From an uncultured Desulfatitalea sp. (lineage in GTDB: Bacteria; Desulfobacterota; Desulfobacteria; Desulfobacterales; Desulfosarcinaceae): 64,000 bases of DNA. A model generated the notes under the pieces. The model was not told the origin of the DNA, searched no databases, and saw nothing but the letters and a program-made list of their open reading frames with translations. Positions 29,814 to 39,420 of the stretch are shown here, one piece after another. Made by a program: the position numbers and the translations under genes. The first letter of the stretch is position 1; each line of letters begins with the position of its first letter. The stretch covers positions 2,080,001 to 2,144,000 of the forward strand of contig CAXXMB010000002.1 in the NCBI GenBank assembly GCA_963668675.2. Direction: 5' to 3'.

Positions 29814-30662
29814 ATGGAGATCAAAACCTTTGGTGTGGTCGGCGCCGGACAGATGGGCTGCGGCATTGCCCAGGTGGCGGCCGCAAGCGGCCTGAATGTG
29901 ATCATGAACGATATCAAGGACGAATTCGTCGAGCGCGGCCTGAGCACGATCAGCAACTTCTTCGACCGGGGCATCAAAAAAGGCAAGCTGACCGAGGAGC
30001 AAAAGGCTGAGGTCCTTGGACGCATCAAACCGAGCACATCGCTTGACGACATGGCCGCCGCAGACTTCGCGGTCGAAGCCGCCGTCGAGCGCGAAGACCT
30101 CAAGTTCGAGATCTTCCGAAAACTGGACACGATCTGCCGGCCCGAAGTGATCCTAAGCACCAACACCTCATCGATACCCATCGGCCGCATCGCCGCCCAG
30201 ACCTCACGCCCCGAAAAGATCATCGGCATGCACTTCATGAACCCGGTGCCCCTGATGAAACTGGTGGAAGTGATCCGCGGCATCGCTACCTCCGAGGAGA
30301 CCTTCAAGGTCACCTGGGATCTCTCCGAGAAGTTCGGCAAAACCCCGGCAGAAGCCAACGACTACCCCGGCTTCATCGCCAACCGCATCCTCATGCCCAT
30401 GATCAACGAAGCCGTCTTCGCCCTCTACCAGGGCGTGGGCACCCGCGAAGCGATCGACACGGTCATGCAGCTCGGCATGAACCACCCCATGGGCCCGCTC
30501 ACCCTGGCCGACCTCATCGGCCTGGACACCTGTCTGGCCATCATGGAGACCCTCTACGACGGCTTCAAAGACTCCAAATACCGCCCCTGTCCGCTGTTGC
30601 GCAAATATGTGGAGGCTGGCTGGCTGGGTCGTAAAACAGGCAAAGGGTTTTACGATTATTAG
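29814..30662 (+). CDS. hbd: 3-hydroxybutyryl-CoA dehydrogenase
   Basis: GAGQMG, NTSSI, GMHFMNP, PGFIANR, HPMGP, GRKTGKGFY. Confidence 0.96.
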   Translation: MEIKTFGVVGAGQMGCGIAQVAAASGLNVIMNDIKDEFVERGLSTISNFFDRGIKKGKLTEEQKAEVLGRIKPSTSLDDMAAADFAVEAAVEREDLKFEIFRKLDTICRPEVILSTNTSSIPIGRIAAQTSRPEKIIGMHFMNPVPLMKLVEVIRGIATSEETFKVTWDLSEKFGKTPAEANDYPGFIANRILMPMINEAVFALYQGVGTREAIDTVMQLGMNHPMGPLTLADLIGLDTCLAIMETLYDGFKDSKYRPCPLLRKYVEAGWLGRKTGKGFYDY

Positions 30663-30967
30663 AACAGACTCAAACGGGAACCATACAATATGGCGGCCTG
30701 CAGGGAGCATTTTCGTTCATCGCACGCCCATAATGCGATGCAAGCAAATGGTCATCCCGCAGGCCGTCTTCTACTTGGCCGTGGAGACAAAACCATCGGC
30801 TGAACGGTTGTGAAGCATTGGGAGGGAGACCTCCCAGCGCAAAACTGCTTTATACTCCCTCCATAATATGCTAACCGAAATAGTCTCATTCCAAAACGCC
30901 CTACGCCAGGTGTATCGGCAACGCTTTCGACGCATACGACGCGATAGGCGAACAGGCGAACAAACAG

Positions 30968-31645
30968 ATGAAAAACGAAAGCAGGACGAAAAATGGTGAT
31001 CCGGCCGCACGCCAAGGCGTGCGCTGGCTTACGGTCGCTGTCATCGTCATCGTCACCGTCGCCGTAACCGCCGGTCTCACCTACTGGCTCCTCAATCACT
31101 ATCTGTTTCTGAAAGCGTTCCAACCCGTTCAGCTAAAACCAAAAGAAGAGCAGGTGCTCGACCGAAAACTGCGGGCCATCGGCATCGACGGAAAGGACCG
31201 CAAGATCCAACATGCGCCGTTGAAGCCGGAACCCTACAGCGAGCTGGGCGCCAAACGGGAGATTGCGTTCAGCGAACGGGAGTTGAACGCCATGCTGGCA
31301 AAAAACACCGACCTGGCCCACAAACTCGCCATCGACCTGTCCGACGATCTGATCAGCGCGAACCTGCTGTTTCCGCTCGATGAGAATTTTCCCGTTCTGG
31401 GCGGTAAAACAGTGCGCGTGAATGCCGGCGTCGCGTTTGCCTACAAGGACAAGCGGCCGATCGTCAGGCTGAAAGGCGTCAGTATCATGGGGGTACCACT
31501 CCCGAACGCCTGGCTGGGCAATCTGAAAAATGTCGACCTTGTCCAGGCGTTTGGCCAGAACAGCGGTTTTTGGAAAACCTTCGCCGATGGCGTTGAATAT
31601 ATCCATGTGGCCGATGGCCGCCTGGTGGTCAAGCTGAAAGAGTAA
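30968..31645 (+). CDS. Hypothetical membrane-anchored protein
   Basis: Single N-terminal TM helix, SERELNA motif, GVPLPNAW; function not recognisable. Confidence 0.75.
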   Translation: MKNESRTKNGDPAARQGVRWLTVAVIVIVTVAVTAGLTYWLLNHYLFLKAFQPVQLKPKEEQVLDRKLRAIGIDGKDRKIQHAPLKPEPYSELGAKREIAFSERELNAMLAKNTDLAHKLAIDLSDDLISANLLFPLDENFPVLGGKTVRVNAGVAFAYKDKRPIVRLKGVSIMGVPLPNAWLGNLKNVDLVQAFGQNSGFWKTFADGVEYIHVADGRLVVKLKE

Positions 31646-31810
31646 TCAACAAGAGATGCTGCCTGCCGTTACCATCACCGTTTTCTATTTTGATGCCTTC
31701 AAACAGAGGAACTGTAACCGTCCAGGGGAATTGGACGGCTCGCACGGATCTGGACCTATCCCATACCGTATGGGCAATCTCACTCTCAATCCGTAACGAA
31801 AGGAGAAGAA

Positions 31811-32944
31811 ATGAAACTGACGGTTAAACATTTCATGGCTTGCTGTTCCTTGGGCTTGATGGTGATGCTGACCGCTTGCGGCGGAGGCGGTAGCGGAGGC
31901 GGCACAGTGGACGACGACCCCATTTCCCCCCAGGAGGGACAATCGACCTATCTCTTCGAACTCCAGGGGCGTGCACCTGGAGGGGGCGGCGAAATCGGAA
32001 TCGATGTGCATTGGGTTTTAGCAGAGGAGGAGGCCGAGGCGAACGTATGGATCAATCCCACGACATCCAACGGCCACCCAGGATTCATCGGCAGCATCGA
32101 TCCTGTCAGCGGCCAGGTGACTGTCAGCCAAGGCACGAGTTTGGATCTATACGACCTTACAGAGGATAGCTTGTTCGGCATCGATACGCTTCTCATCCAA
32201 GTGCACGAAACAATTGTGATCCCTTATTCCGCCTCCCCCACATCGGGTGTCATCCAGATTGAAGAGGATGCAATCGACGGGCTCCGCGTAACCATAACGC
32301 TGGCAGGAAGCAACGGTGATGTTTGGATACAATACGATGAAGACAGTGATGGAAACATCGATGCCGAAGAAGCCTTTAGCTGGGACCAGTTCGACGAACT
32401 TGGGGACACGGGTTCAAGCCGGCAGCGGTTGGCGCGTTTCGGCATCGACGTTATCCAGTTTCTGCTCAATCAGGTCAAGCTGGTAGAATACGCCCTGGAA
32501 ATGTTGGGCGAACACGAAGACGATCTCAACCCCGGCCCCTATGTGGAAGATGCGAACTCCTTCAGCGCCCAGGGGTTGACCGGACCGGCCGGGATCGCCG
32601 ATCCAGGCACCTTTACCGCCACTTGGCACGATGGTCCGAACGATGATGGTGACGTTGGCCCAGGCGACGACTTCGAATTGGATTGCCTGGAGGCGTGGCT
32701 GGACGATACGGATTCCGAAGACGACCTGATCTTCGACGGGCAGGTCGATTTCATCGGGTTCACCGAAGTGGTGGAGGACGGCGAAACCATCCGCATCGGA
32801 TTTGAACCGTATCTGGCGAGCCCGGGCGGTGTCTATCTCGACAATTTCACCGAGTATTATACCGACACCGAAAACAGCGCGGTCTCCATCGATACGACAT
32901 TTACCCTAAACGGCGCCTTTTCCATCGTATTCACGGCCCAATAG
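31811..32944 (+). CDS. Highly acidic putative lipoprotein
   Basis: Lipobox LTAC followed by a Gly-rich linker; D/E-rich mature part; AAGGAG RBS. Confidence 0.8.
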   Translation: MKLTVKHFMACCSLGLMVMLTACGGGGSGGGTVDDDPISPQEGQSTYLFELQGRAPGGGGEIGIDVHWVLAEEEAEANVWINPTTSNGHPGFIGSIDPVSGQVTVSQGTSLDLYDLTEDSLFGIDTLLIQVHETIVIPYSASPTSGVIQIEEDAIDGLRVTITLAGSNGDVWIQYDEDSDGNIDAEEAFSWDQFDELGDTGSSRQRLARFGIDVIQFLLNQVKLVEYALEMLGEHEDDLNPGPYVEDANSFSAQGLTGPAGIADPGTFTATWHDGPNDDGDVGPGDDFELDCLEAWLDDTDSEDDLIFDGQVDFIGFTEVVEDGETIRIGFEPYLASPGGVYLDNFTEYYTDTENSAVSIDTTFTLNGAFSIVFTAQ

Positions 32945-32970
32945 CATACATTGACGCCAAACGCGGTTGA

Positions 32971-33089
32971 CCGGGCAAGGATAGCACGTCCCTACACGGT
33001 TGGTGTCTGGTAACAGAATGTATTTGTACTATATTTCGTAGGGGCGGGCTTTATGCCCGCCCCTTACATGCGCTTAAGCTAATGACATT
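32971..33089. repeat. REPIN/MITE-like dispersed repeat, copy 1
   Basis: Contains GTAGGGGCGGGCTTTATGCCCGCCCCTTAC and a degenerate inverted partner; the reverse complement matches 39217-39338. Confidence 0.85.
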
Positions 33090-33101
33090 TTATAAAGAAT
33101 T

Positions 33102-33165
33102 GTCGTGCCGGACGTGATTTGGCATCGAGTGGCAACCGCTGGTTACCGGCTTTCGCCGGAAAGAC
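33102..33165. repeat. Degenerate GTC..GAC-bounded palindromic repeat of a second family
   Basis: GTCGTGCCGGACGTGATTTGGCATCGAG ... TGGTTACCGGCTTTCGCCGGAAAGAC: two short hairpins resembling GTCAT..ATGAC intergenic repeats. Confidence 0.5.
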
Positions 33166-33399
33166 GAAATTGGTCTATTTATTTACCTTAACCGTAATTC
33201 GGCTAACAACAAAACCCAGGCACCCGAAGGCACGCAAGCGTATAAATCGATTCAGTCTATCGGGCGTTTAGCAAAATCCCCCCATACGTTCATCCAGGAC
33301 TTGATCTTCCGGGCGACTATGGCCTATCCTGTTCGCTGAGCAAGTTGCACCTCGCGGCCTTTAACAACGCCGGACCGTTACCGGACAGAGGAGTCGCCC

Positions 33400-33945
33400 A
33401 TGCCACGCGCCAAGAAGCCCACACCCATAGGGAAACGCATCAAGACGTTTCGTACCCGTAAGAAGATGACCCTCGATCAGCTGGCCAACGAGACGGGATG
33501 CAGCATCGAATACCTCAAACAGGTCGAGAGCGGCGAGGAGATGCCGCCGGTCGGCACCTTGCTGCAGATTTCACGCGCGCTGGCCATCGACTCGGGCGAC
33601 CTGCTCAAAGACGAGAAGCAGAGCCGCGACAAACGCGCCGCCGCATACACCAAGCGTACCAAGAACTACGCCTACACGCCCCTGACGCCGGGCGCCGAAC
33701 ACAAGCACCTCAAGGCGTTTCGTATTCAGATCAAGGCGATGCAGGACCATAAGGGCGTCGGATACCGCCATGAAGGCGAAGAGTTCGTCTATGTGCTCAA
33801 AGGCAAGGTCGAGGTCACGGTCGGCGAACATGTCAACCGCCTGGCGCCCGGCCAATCCCTCCACTTCAACTCGGGCGTCCAGCACCACATGCGCAATGTC
33901 AGCAAAGAGGATGCCGAGCTGGTGGTGGTGGTCTACAATCCGTAG
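33400..33945 (+). CDS. XRE-family HTH regulator with cupin domain
   Basis: N-terminal HTH_3, HEGEEFVYVLKG, SLHFNS...H. Confidence 0.93.
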   Translation: MPRAKKPTPIGKRIKTFRTRKKMTLDQLANETGCSIEYLKQVESGEEMPPVGTLLQISRALAIDSGDLLKDEKQSRDKRAAAYTKRTKNYAYTPLTPGAEHKHLKAFRIQIKAMQDHKGVGYRHEGEEFVYVLKGKVEVTVGEHVNRLAPGQSLHFNSGVQHHMRNVSKEDAELVVVVYNP

Positions 33946-33992
33946 TCCCTTCACAGAGATCACAACCCTATCGATGCAATGGTGGAGCCGGA

Positions 33993-35144
33993 ATGATGCA
34001 CCTGACCGAAGAGCAGCGTATGATCCAAGGCATGATCCGCGAGTTTGCCCGCCGGGTGGTGGCGCCCGGTGCCAGTGAAAGGGACCGCACCAAAACCTTT
34101 CCATCAGATGTTCTCGCGCAGATGGGCGAACTGGGCCTGATGGGCATGATGGTGCCGTCGGAATACGGTGGCAGCGGCTCCGATGCCGTGGGCTATGTCT
34201 CCGCGCTGTCGGAGATCGCCGCGGCCTGCGCCTCCACCGCGGTGGTGATGTCCGTGCAGAACTCCATCGTCTGCGAAAGCCTGTTGCACTTCGGCTCGCC
34301 TGAACAGAAAGCGCAATTCCTCGTGCCGCTGGCCGAAGGAGAAGCGATCGGCGCCTTTGCCATGACCGAGCCGGATGCCGGCTCGGACCCGGTCAGCCAG
34401 ACCACCACCGCCGAGCGCGACGGCGACAGCTACATCCTCAACGGCGCCAAACGCTTCATCACCTCGGGCAAACACGCCAGCACGGTTATTGTGACGGCCA
34501 AGACCGATCCAAACCTGCGCCACAAAGGCATCTCCGCCTTCATCGTCACCAAGGGCACCCCCGGTTTTGAGGTCGGCCACGAAGAGGACAAGATGGGGCT
34601 GCGCGCCTCGGATACCACCGACCTGCTCTTCGACCAGTGCCGGGTCCCCGCATCCCAACGGCTGGGCGAGGAGGGCCAGGGATTCGAGATCGCCATGAAG
34701 GGGTTGGACGGCGGGCGCATCGGCATTGCCGCCCAGAGCGTAGGCGTGGCCCAGGCCGCGCTGGATGCGAGCGTAAAGTACACAAAAGGCAGGACCCAGT
34801 TCGGACAGAGCGTCTCAAAGTTCCAGGGGCTGCGCTGGATGGTGGCCGACATGGCCGTTCAGGTGGCCGCCGCCCGACAACTGATGCTGGCCGCGGCGGC
34901 TATGAAGGATCGGGGAGAGAATCACACCATGCAGGCCTCCATGGCCAAGCTCTACGCCTCGGAGATGGTCAACCGCATCACAGCCCAGGCCGTGCAACTG
35001 CATGGTGGATATGGATACACCAAGGAGTACCCGGTCGAGCGCTACTACCGCGACGCCCGTGTCTTTACCATCTACGAGGGCACCTCGGAGATACAGCGGG
35101 TGGTGATCTCCAACCACATTTTCAAAGACAAGCGAAAGCCCTGA
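33993..35144 (+). CDS. Acyl-CoA dehydrogenase (short/branched-chain type)
   Basis: FAMTEPDAGSD, NGAKRFIT, KMGLRAS, GRIGIAAQ, QLHGGYGY, IYEGTSEIQ. Confidence 0.96.
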   Translation: MMHLTEEQRMIQGMIREFARRVVAPGASERDRTKTFPSDVLAQMGELGLMGMMVPSEYGGSGSDAVGYVSALSEIAAACASTAVVMSVQNSIVCESLLHFGSPEQKAQFLVPLAEGEAIGAFAMTEPDAGSDPVSQTTTAERDGDSYILNGAKRFITSGKHASTVIVTAKTDPNLRHKGISAFIVTKGTPGFEVGHEEDKMGLRASDTTDLLFDQCRVPASQRLGEEGQGFEIAMKGLDGGRIGIAAQSVGVAQAALDASVKYTKGRTQFGQSVSKFQGLRWMVADMAVQVAAARQLMLAAAAMKDRGENHTMQASMAKLYASEMVNRITAQAVQLHGGYGYTKEYPVERYYRDARVFTIYEGTSEIQRVVISNHIFKDKRKP

Positions 35145-35177
35145 TGTGTCATCACCTTCAGCACAAGGAGCTTCAAT

Positions 35178-35675
35178 ATGGTTCGCACCGAAATCTCCCT
35201 TTTTTTAAAAAACGCACCCGGTGAACTTGGAAAACTCACCGCGCTGATGGCCGAAGCAAACATCAACATCGATGCCATCACGATCCAGGACGCCTCCAGT
35301 TACGTCAAGGAGCTGTTCAAGGCCCGCGGCAAATCCCTCAAGCGCATCGCCTCGGCCGCCAGCTACAACTCCATGAGCAAGGACTCGGCCGAGTTCGCCC
35401 TCATCCGCCTGCTGCCGGCCGACGGCACCATCAACCACGCCATCGACCTGCTCTCCGAGCACGACTACCTATTCGACATCTTGCCGGTCATCGCCGTCAC
35501 CCTCACCAACAAACCCGGTGAAATTGCCGCCATTACGAGCAAACTCGGCGAAGAGGGCATCAATATCAACTATGTCTACGGATCGGCGGGGGACCTCAAC
35601 CAGCCGTGCCTCTTCGTCTTCTGCCCGGACGATATCGACCACGCCGCCAAGGTGTTCAAAGAGCAGGCCGTTTGA
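35178..35675 (+). CDS. Tandem ACT-domain protein
   Basis: ISLFLKNAPGELG..NINI and NKPGEIA..GININYVY repeats; AAGGAG RBS. Confidence 0.8.
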   Translation: MVRTEISLFLKNAPGELGKLTALMAEANINIDAITIQDASSYVKELFKARGKSLKRIASAASYNSMSKDSAEFALIRLLPADGTINHAIDLLSEHDYLFDILPVIAVTLTNKPGEIAAITSKLGEEGININYVYGSAGDLNQPCLFVFCPDDIDHAAKVFKEQAV

Positions 35676-35715
35676 ACGAGAGGCTCGGATGATATTGTTC
35701 GGAGAGATTGAGCAT

Positions 35716-36513
35716 TTATTCCATTTCAAGAGAGAACAACGCTTTTGTCTCTTCATCGGCCGGGAAGAGGGACTCGATGCGAAGTTCCTGGGTGGTTGAG
35801 TCGCGCGGTGTGCCCAGCGTGGTGATCGTAGTGAAGAAGCTGGCCTTCAAGCCCTCCTTTTCAAAGGTCAAACTCATGATCGGCAGATCATCATCAACTT
35901 GAAAATCCATTGGGACTTCACTGCTTCGCAGCGGTGACAACGCTTCATACAGTGAGAACAATTCACTGATCTGCGTCGATGCGGCCTCATCCCACAGACG
36001 ACTGAGCATAAACTGCTCTATCCGCGGCCAGTCCTTTATGTATGGCCGCAAACCATCTTTGGCGAATGTCAGATGATACACGTTATCGTATCTCTTCAGC
36101 GCATGTTCTCCTACGAGGAGTTTGATCATTCTCTCATAACCTGAATTGATCTCCAAAATCGTATAGGCCGCATTGACCACAAAAGCCGGATACGGCTCAT
36201 GCTTTTCCAGCATGCGCTGCAGGGCCTGCCGGACGATCTCCATCTTCTCCCCATTAAATGGTTCTTCACCAAACTCGGAAGCATACCCGGCGGCCTTTAA
36301 AACGGCATTGCGATGCCTGAACGGCAGTTTTAAGGCGTGCGCCATTTTCAAGATGAGGTTGCGGCTGGGCCTGGACCGGCCTGTTTCCACAAAGCTCAAA
36401 TGCTTGGTGGAAACACCAATCTCCAACCCCAGATCCATCTGGCTCATCCTGTTAAATTTACGCCAGAAACGAAACAGCTCTCCCGCCGAATCCCTCTTTT
36501 TCCGTATTTCCAT
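35716..36513 (-). CDS. XRE-HTH transcriptional regulator with MmyB-like ligand-binding domain
   Basis: SQMDLG..VSTKHLSFVETGRSRPS, HEPYPA, TTITTLGTP, ELRIESLFPAD. Start uncertain (36513 or 36525). Confidence 0.88.
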   Translation of the reverse strand: MEIRKKRDSAGELFRFWRKFNRMSQMDLGLEIGVSTKHLSFVETGRSRPSRNLILKMAHALKLPFRHRNAVLKAAGYASEFGEEPFNGEKMEIVRQALQRMLEKHEPYPAFVVNAAYTILEINSGYERMIKLLVGEHALKRYDNVYHLTFAKDGLRPYIKDWPRIEQFMLSRLWDEAASTQISELFSLYEALSPLRSSEVPMDFQVDDDLPIMSLTFEKEGLKASFFTTITTLGTPRDSTTQELRIESLFPADEETKALFSLEME

Positions 36514-36529
36514 CAAACCCTGCATAAAT

Positions 36530-36546
36530 ATTACCTCTGAGGTAAT
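36530..36546. promoter_or_regulatory. Palindromic operator, probably for the adjacent XRE regulator
   Basis: ATTACCTC-T-GAGGTAAT perfect inverted repeat between divergent genes. Confidence 0.7.
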
Positions 36547-36681
36547 GGACATTGTAACCTTAATCATCTACTTAACTTGGGAACCCCGACCGAATCAAGC
36601 CTCCACAAAAAGTTGACGCGCAACGCATGGCGACAACAACCAAAAGCTTGGTTGCGGCCTGAACAGAAAAGGAGGTGTCCG

Positions 36682-37026
36682 ATGGTTGCTTTTCGACTTT
36701 TACTGGCTCTTTTCATTATAGCCATTGTCAGCTTCACGGGGGTTGTGATCTCCAACCATGGTTGGAACCTGCTCCCCATTTTCTTTGGCGATATCGTGTC
36801 CATGACCTGGCCCGGTCAGTTCAATTTTGACTTTTTGTGTTTCCTCATTCTTTCCGGACTATGGCTCGCCTGGCGTCACCATTTTACCCCCGGCGGGCTT
36901 GTCTTAGGTGTGTTTGGGCTTTTTGGCGGGATCATGTTTCTCGCCCCCTATCTCCTTATTGCGAGCTACAGCTCCGGAGGGGACATAAAGATACTCTTTC
37001 TGGGTAAAGTCAGGGCGAACAGTTGA
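36682..37026 (+). CDS. Small integral membrane protein
   Basis: AAGGAGG RBS; about 3 TM segments; WPGQFNFDF motif; divergent from the XRE regulator. Confidence 0.8.
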   Translation: MVAFRLLLALFIIAIVSFTGVVISNHGWNLLPIFFGDIVSMTWPGQFNFDFLCFLILSGLWLAWRHHFTPGGLVLGVFGLFGGIMFLAPYLLIASYSSGGDIKILFLGKVRANS

Positions 37027-37092
37027 TATCGGTTGGGGTATTTTTTTCGATACGGAAATGGCGCCTGCTTGGACAGGCAACCATTTTCACTT

Positions 37093-38526
37093 TTAGCCTG
37101 CCGGTGTTCGAATGACCAACAGCCTTATCTCGGTCATATCCTCAATGGCGTAGCGCAGGCCTTCACGACCGATGCCCGAATCCTTTACGCCACCATAGGG
37201 CATATGGTCTACCCGCCAGGAGGGCACATCCCCCACCACAACGCCGCCGACATCGAGCCGGTCCCAGGCCGTCTGGGCACGGTATAGATCACGGGTAAAC
37301 ACCCCCGCCTGAAGTCCGTAGCGTGAGGTGTTGATAGCTTCGATCGCCGCATCGAAATCGTTGAAGCGCGAAAGTACCGCCACCGGCCCGAACGCCTCCT
37401 CCTGGCAGAGCTTCTCTTCGGCCGGCACATCCTCCAGAAGCGTGGCCGACAGCATGGCCCCGTTGCGCTCGTTGCCGCACAGCACCCGTCCGCCGGCTGC
37501 CACTGCATCTTCGATCCACGCTTGCACGCGCATTGCATCCTTCTCCGAGATCAGCGGCCCGATAAACGTGCTACGCTCTTTGGGATCGCCGGTTTTGAGT
37601 CTCTTGACTTTGGCTATCAGACGCTCGCGCAACTGCTCGTAGACCGCCTCATGAATCAGAATACGCTGCACGCTGATGCAGCTCTGGCCGGACTGGTAGA
37701 AGGCACCCATCACCAGCCGGTCCACGGCATCGCCGATGTCAGCCGTCTCGTCCACGATGCAAGCCGCGTTGCCGCCCAGCTCAAGCACCACCCGCTTCTT
37801 GCCGGCCTTGGCCTTGAGCCGCCATCCCACGCCGTCCGATCCGGTGAAACTGAGCAGTTTGAGCCGGTCGTCGGTCACCAACTGGTCGGCACCGTCCCGA
37901 GGACAGGGCAGAATGGAGAAGGCCCCTTCGGGCAACCCCACGCCGGCCATAATTTCGCCCATGATCAACGCACCCACCGGCGTGGCACTGGCCGGCTTGA
38001 GCACAAAGGGGCAACCGGCGGCGATGGCCGGCGCCACCTTGTGAGCCACCAGATTCAGGGGAAAGTTAAACGGGCTGATAAAGGCGCACGGCCCCAGCGG
38101 CACCCGCTGGGTCATGCCGCGATAACCGCTGGCGCGCGCGCTGATCTCCAGCGGAATGGTCTCCCCGCCGATGCGCACCGCCTCTTCGGCCGCCACCCGA
38201 AAGGTGTCGATCAGGCGGGTCACCTCACCCTCGGCATCCGCGATCGGTTTGCCGGCCTCGATGCAGAGGCTCAACGCCAGTTCATCCCGACGCTCTTCGA
38301 AGGCCGCCATGCAGGCGTACAGAATCTGCTGGCGCTCATACGGCTTCAGAGCCGCCATGGGGGGGGCCGCCCGATGGGCCAGCGCGATGGCGCGGTCGAT
38401 GGTTGCACCGTCGGCCAGCGGCACCCTCGTGGCCACCGCGCCGGTATACTTGTCGACCACCTCCAGGTCGGTGTTGGGCAGTTCTGGGCGATTACCGAGA
38501 TAGAGCGGATAGGTCTCCTTAAGCAT
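37093..38526 (-). CDS. NAD(P)-dependent aldehyde dehydrogenase
   Basis: PFNFP, LKPA, SFTGS, LELGGNA, GQSCIS, EEAFGP, PYGGVKDSG. Confidence 0.95.
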   Translation of the reverse strand: MLKETYPLYLGNRPELPNTDLEVVDKYTGAVATRVPLADGATIDRAIALAHRAAPPMAALKPYERQQILYACMAAFEERRDELALSLCIEAGKPIADAEGEVTRLIDTFRVAAEEAVRIGGETIPLEISARASGYRGMTQRVPLGPCAFISPFNFPLNLVAHKVAPAIAAGCPFVLKPASATPVGALIMGEIMAGVGLPEGAFSILPCPRDGADQLVTDDRLKLLSFTGSDGVGWRLKAKAGKKRVVLELGGNAACIVDETADIGDAVDRLVMGAFYQSGQSCISVQRILIHEAVYEQLRERLIAKVKRLKTGDPKERSTFIGPLISEKDAMRVQAWIEDAVAAGGRVLCGNERNGAMLSATLLEDVPAEEKLCQEEAFGPVAVLSRFNDFDAAIEAINTSRYGLQAGVFTRDLYRAQTAWDRLDVGGVVVGDVPSWRVDHMPYGGVKDSGIGREGLRYAIEDMTEIRLLVIRTPAG

Positions 38527-38536
38527 ATGCCTCTCC

Positions 38537-39154
38537 TTAACCTTTGGTCAGGGTGTGAACGAAAATGGTTGCCAGCACGGCCACCACTTCGAACTCGATC
38601 AGTTGGGTGGCGTTGCGATCGAGCAGCAGGGTCGCCCTGGCCGGGAACTCATCGTCCCGGTCGTAGAAGATAAGCTGCAGCTCTATATGGGGCAGCAGCT
38701 CGAAGATAAGGCTCTGCGCCCCCAAGCCGCCCTCCCCGCCCAGGCGGCCGCCAAGCAAAACCGCAGCCGCCATCAGTTCGGGAACATGCCCCTGAAATCG
38801 CTGGATTACGGGGCGCTCCAGAGCGCCCTGGGAGTAGCCCGCCTGCTTGAAAAGCGGCCCGGCAAGCTCCGAGAAGGTGACAAACTGCCCGGCCGGCCGG
38901 CTGCGGCTGCCATTTAAAATGTAGTGGGCCAGTACACTTCCCACAGCATCCCCGAAGCCGCGACCATCGAGACGCCGCACTCCCTGGTTGGACACGAAAA
39001 AGGTCATCCCCAGAAGCGGCACTTCAGCTTCACCCGCAGCATTCACCGCCAGCTCAAGATGCTTAGCAGATACCGCGATATCCGCATCGGCCAAACGCGC
39101 AAGCAGATCAGCATAGATCTTACGATGGCCGCCCACGGTACCTGTCTCATTCAT
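38537..39154 (-). CDS. DUF3786-like protein
   Basis: LAHYIL, FSEL.G, DDEFPARATLLLD motif. Confidence 0.7.
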   Translation of the reverse strand: MNETGTVGGHRKIYADLLARLADADIAVSAKHLELAVNAAGEAEVPLLGMTFFVSNQGVRRLDGRGFGDAVGSVLAHYILNGSRSRPAGQFVTFSELAGPLFKQAGYSQGALERPVIQRFQGHVPELMAAAVLLGGRLGGEGGLGAQSLIFELLPHIELQLIFYDRDDEFPARATLLLDRNATQLIEFEVVAVLATIFVHTLTKG

Positions 39155-39216
39155 TATAACCCCTCTTGATTGATCATTGAATCCAACGGAATTCCTTCAC
39201 TTCATACCTTCAACTC

Positions 39217-39338
39217 AATTTCATTAACTTAAGCGGATGTAATGGGCGGGCATAAAGCCCGCCCCTACTAAATTTGATTAGAAATACATTATGTTACCAT
39301 ACACGAACCGTGTTTTTGCAGGGTTTATGCCCGCCCGG
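39217..39338. repeat. REPIN/MITE-like dispersed repeat, copy 2 (inverted relative to copy 1)
   Basis: About 95 bp align with the reverse complement of 32994-33089, roughly a dozen differences counted by eye. Confidence 0.85.
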
Positions 39339-39420
39339 ATCGGTAGCTGAAAAATTTTTAATGATATTGGCCTTCAACTTTGAACTCAACTTTCGGGTTT
39401 CATAAAGATCTACATACTAA

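Noticed and set aside
30819..30846. GAGA-tetraloop hairpin followed by CGCAAAAC, resembling a c-di-GMP-I riboswitch
   Set aside because: No upstream GGCAAA and no second stem or receptor; likely a simple hairpin.
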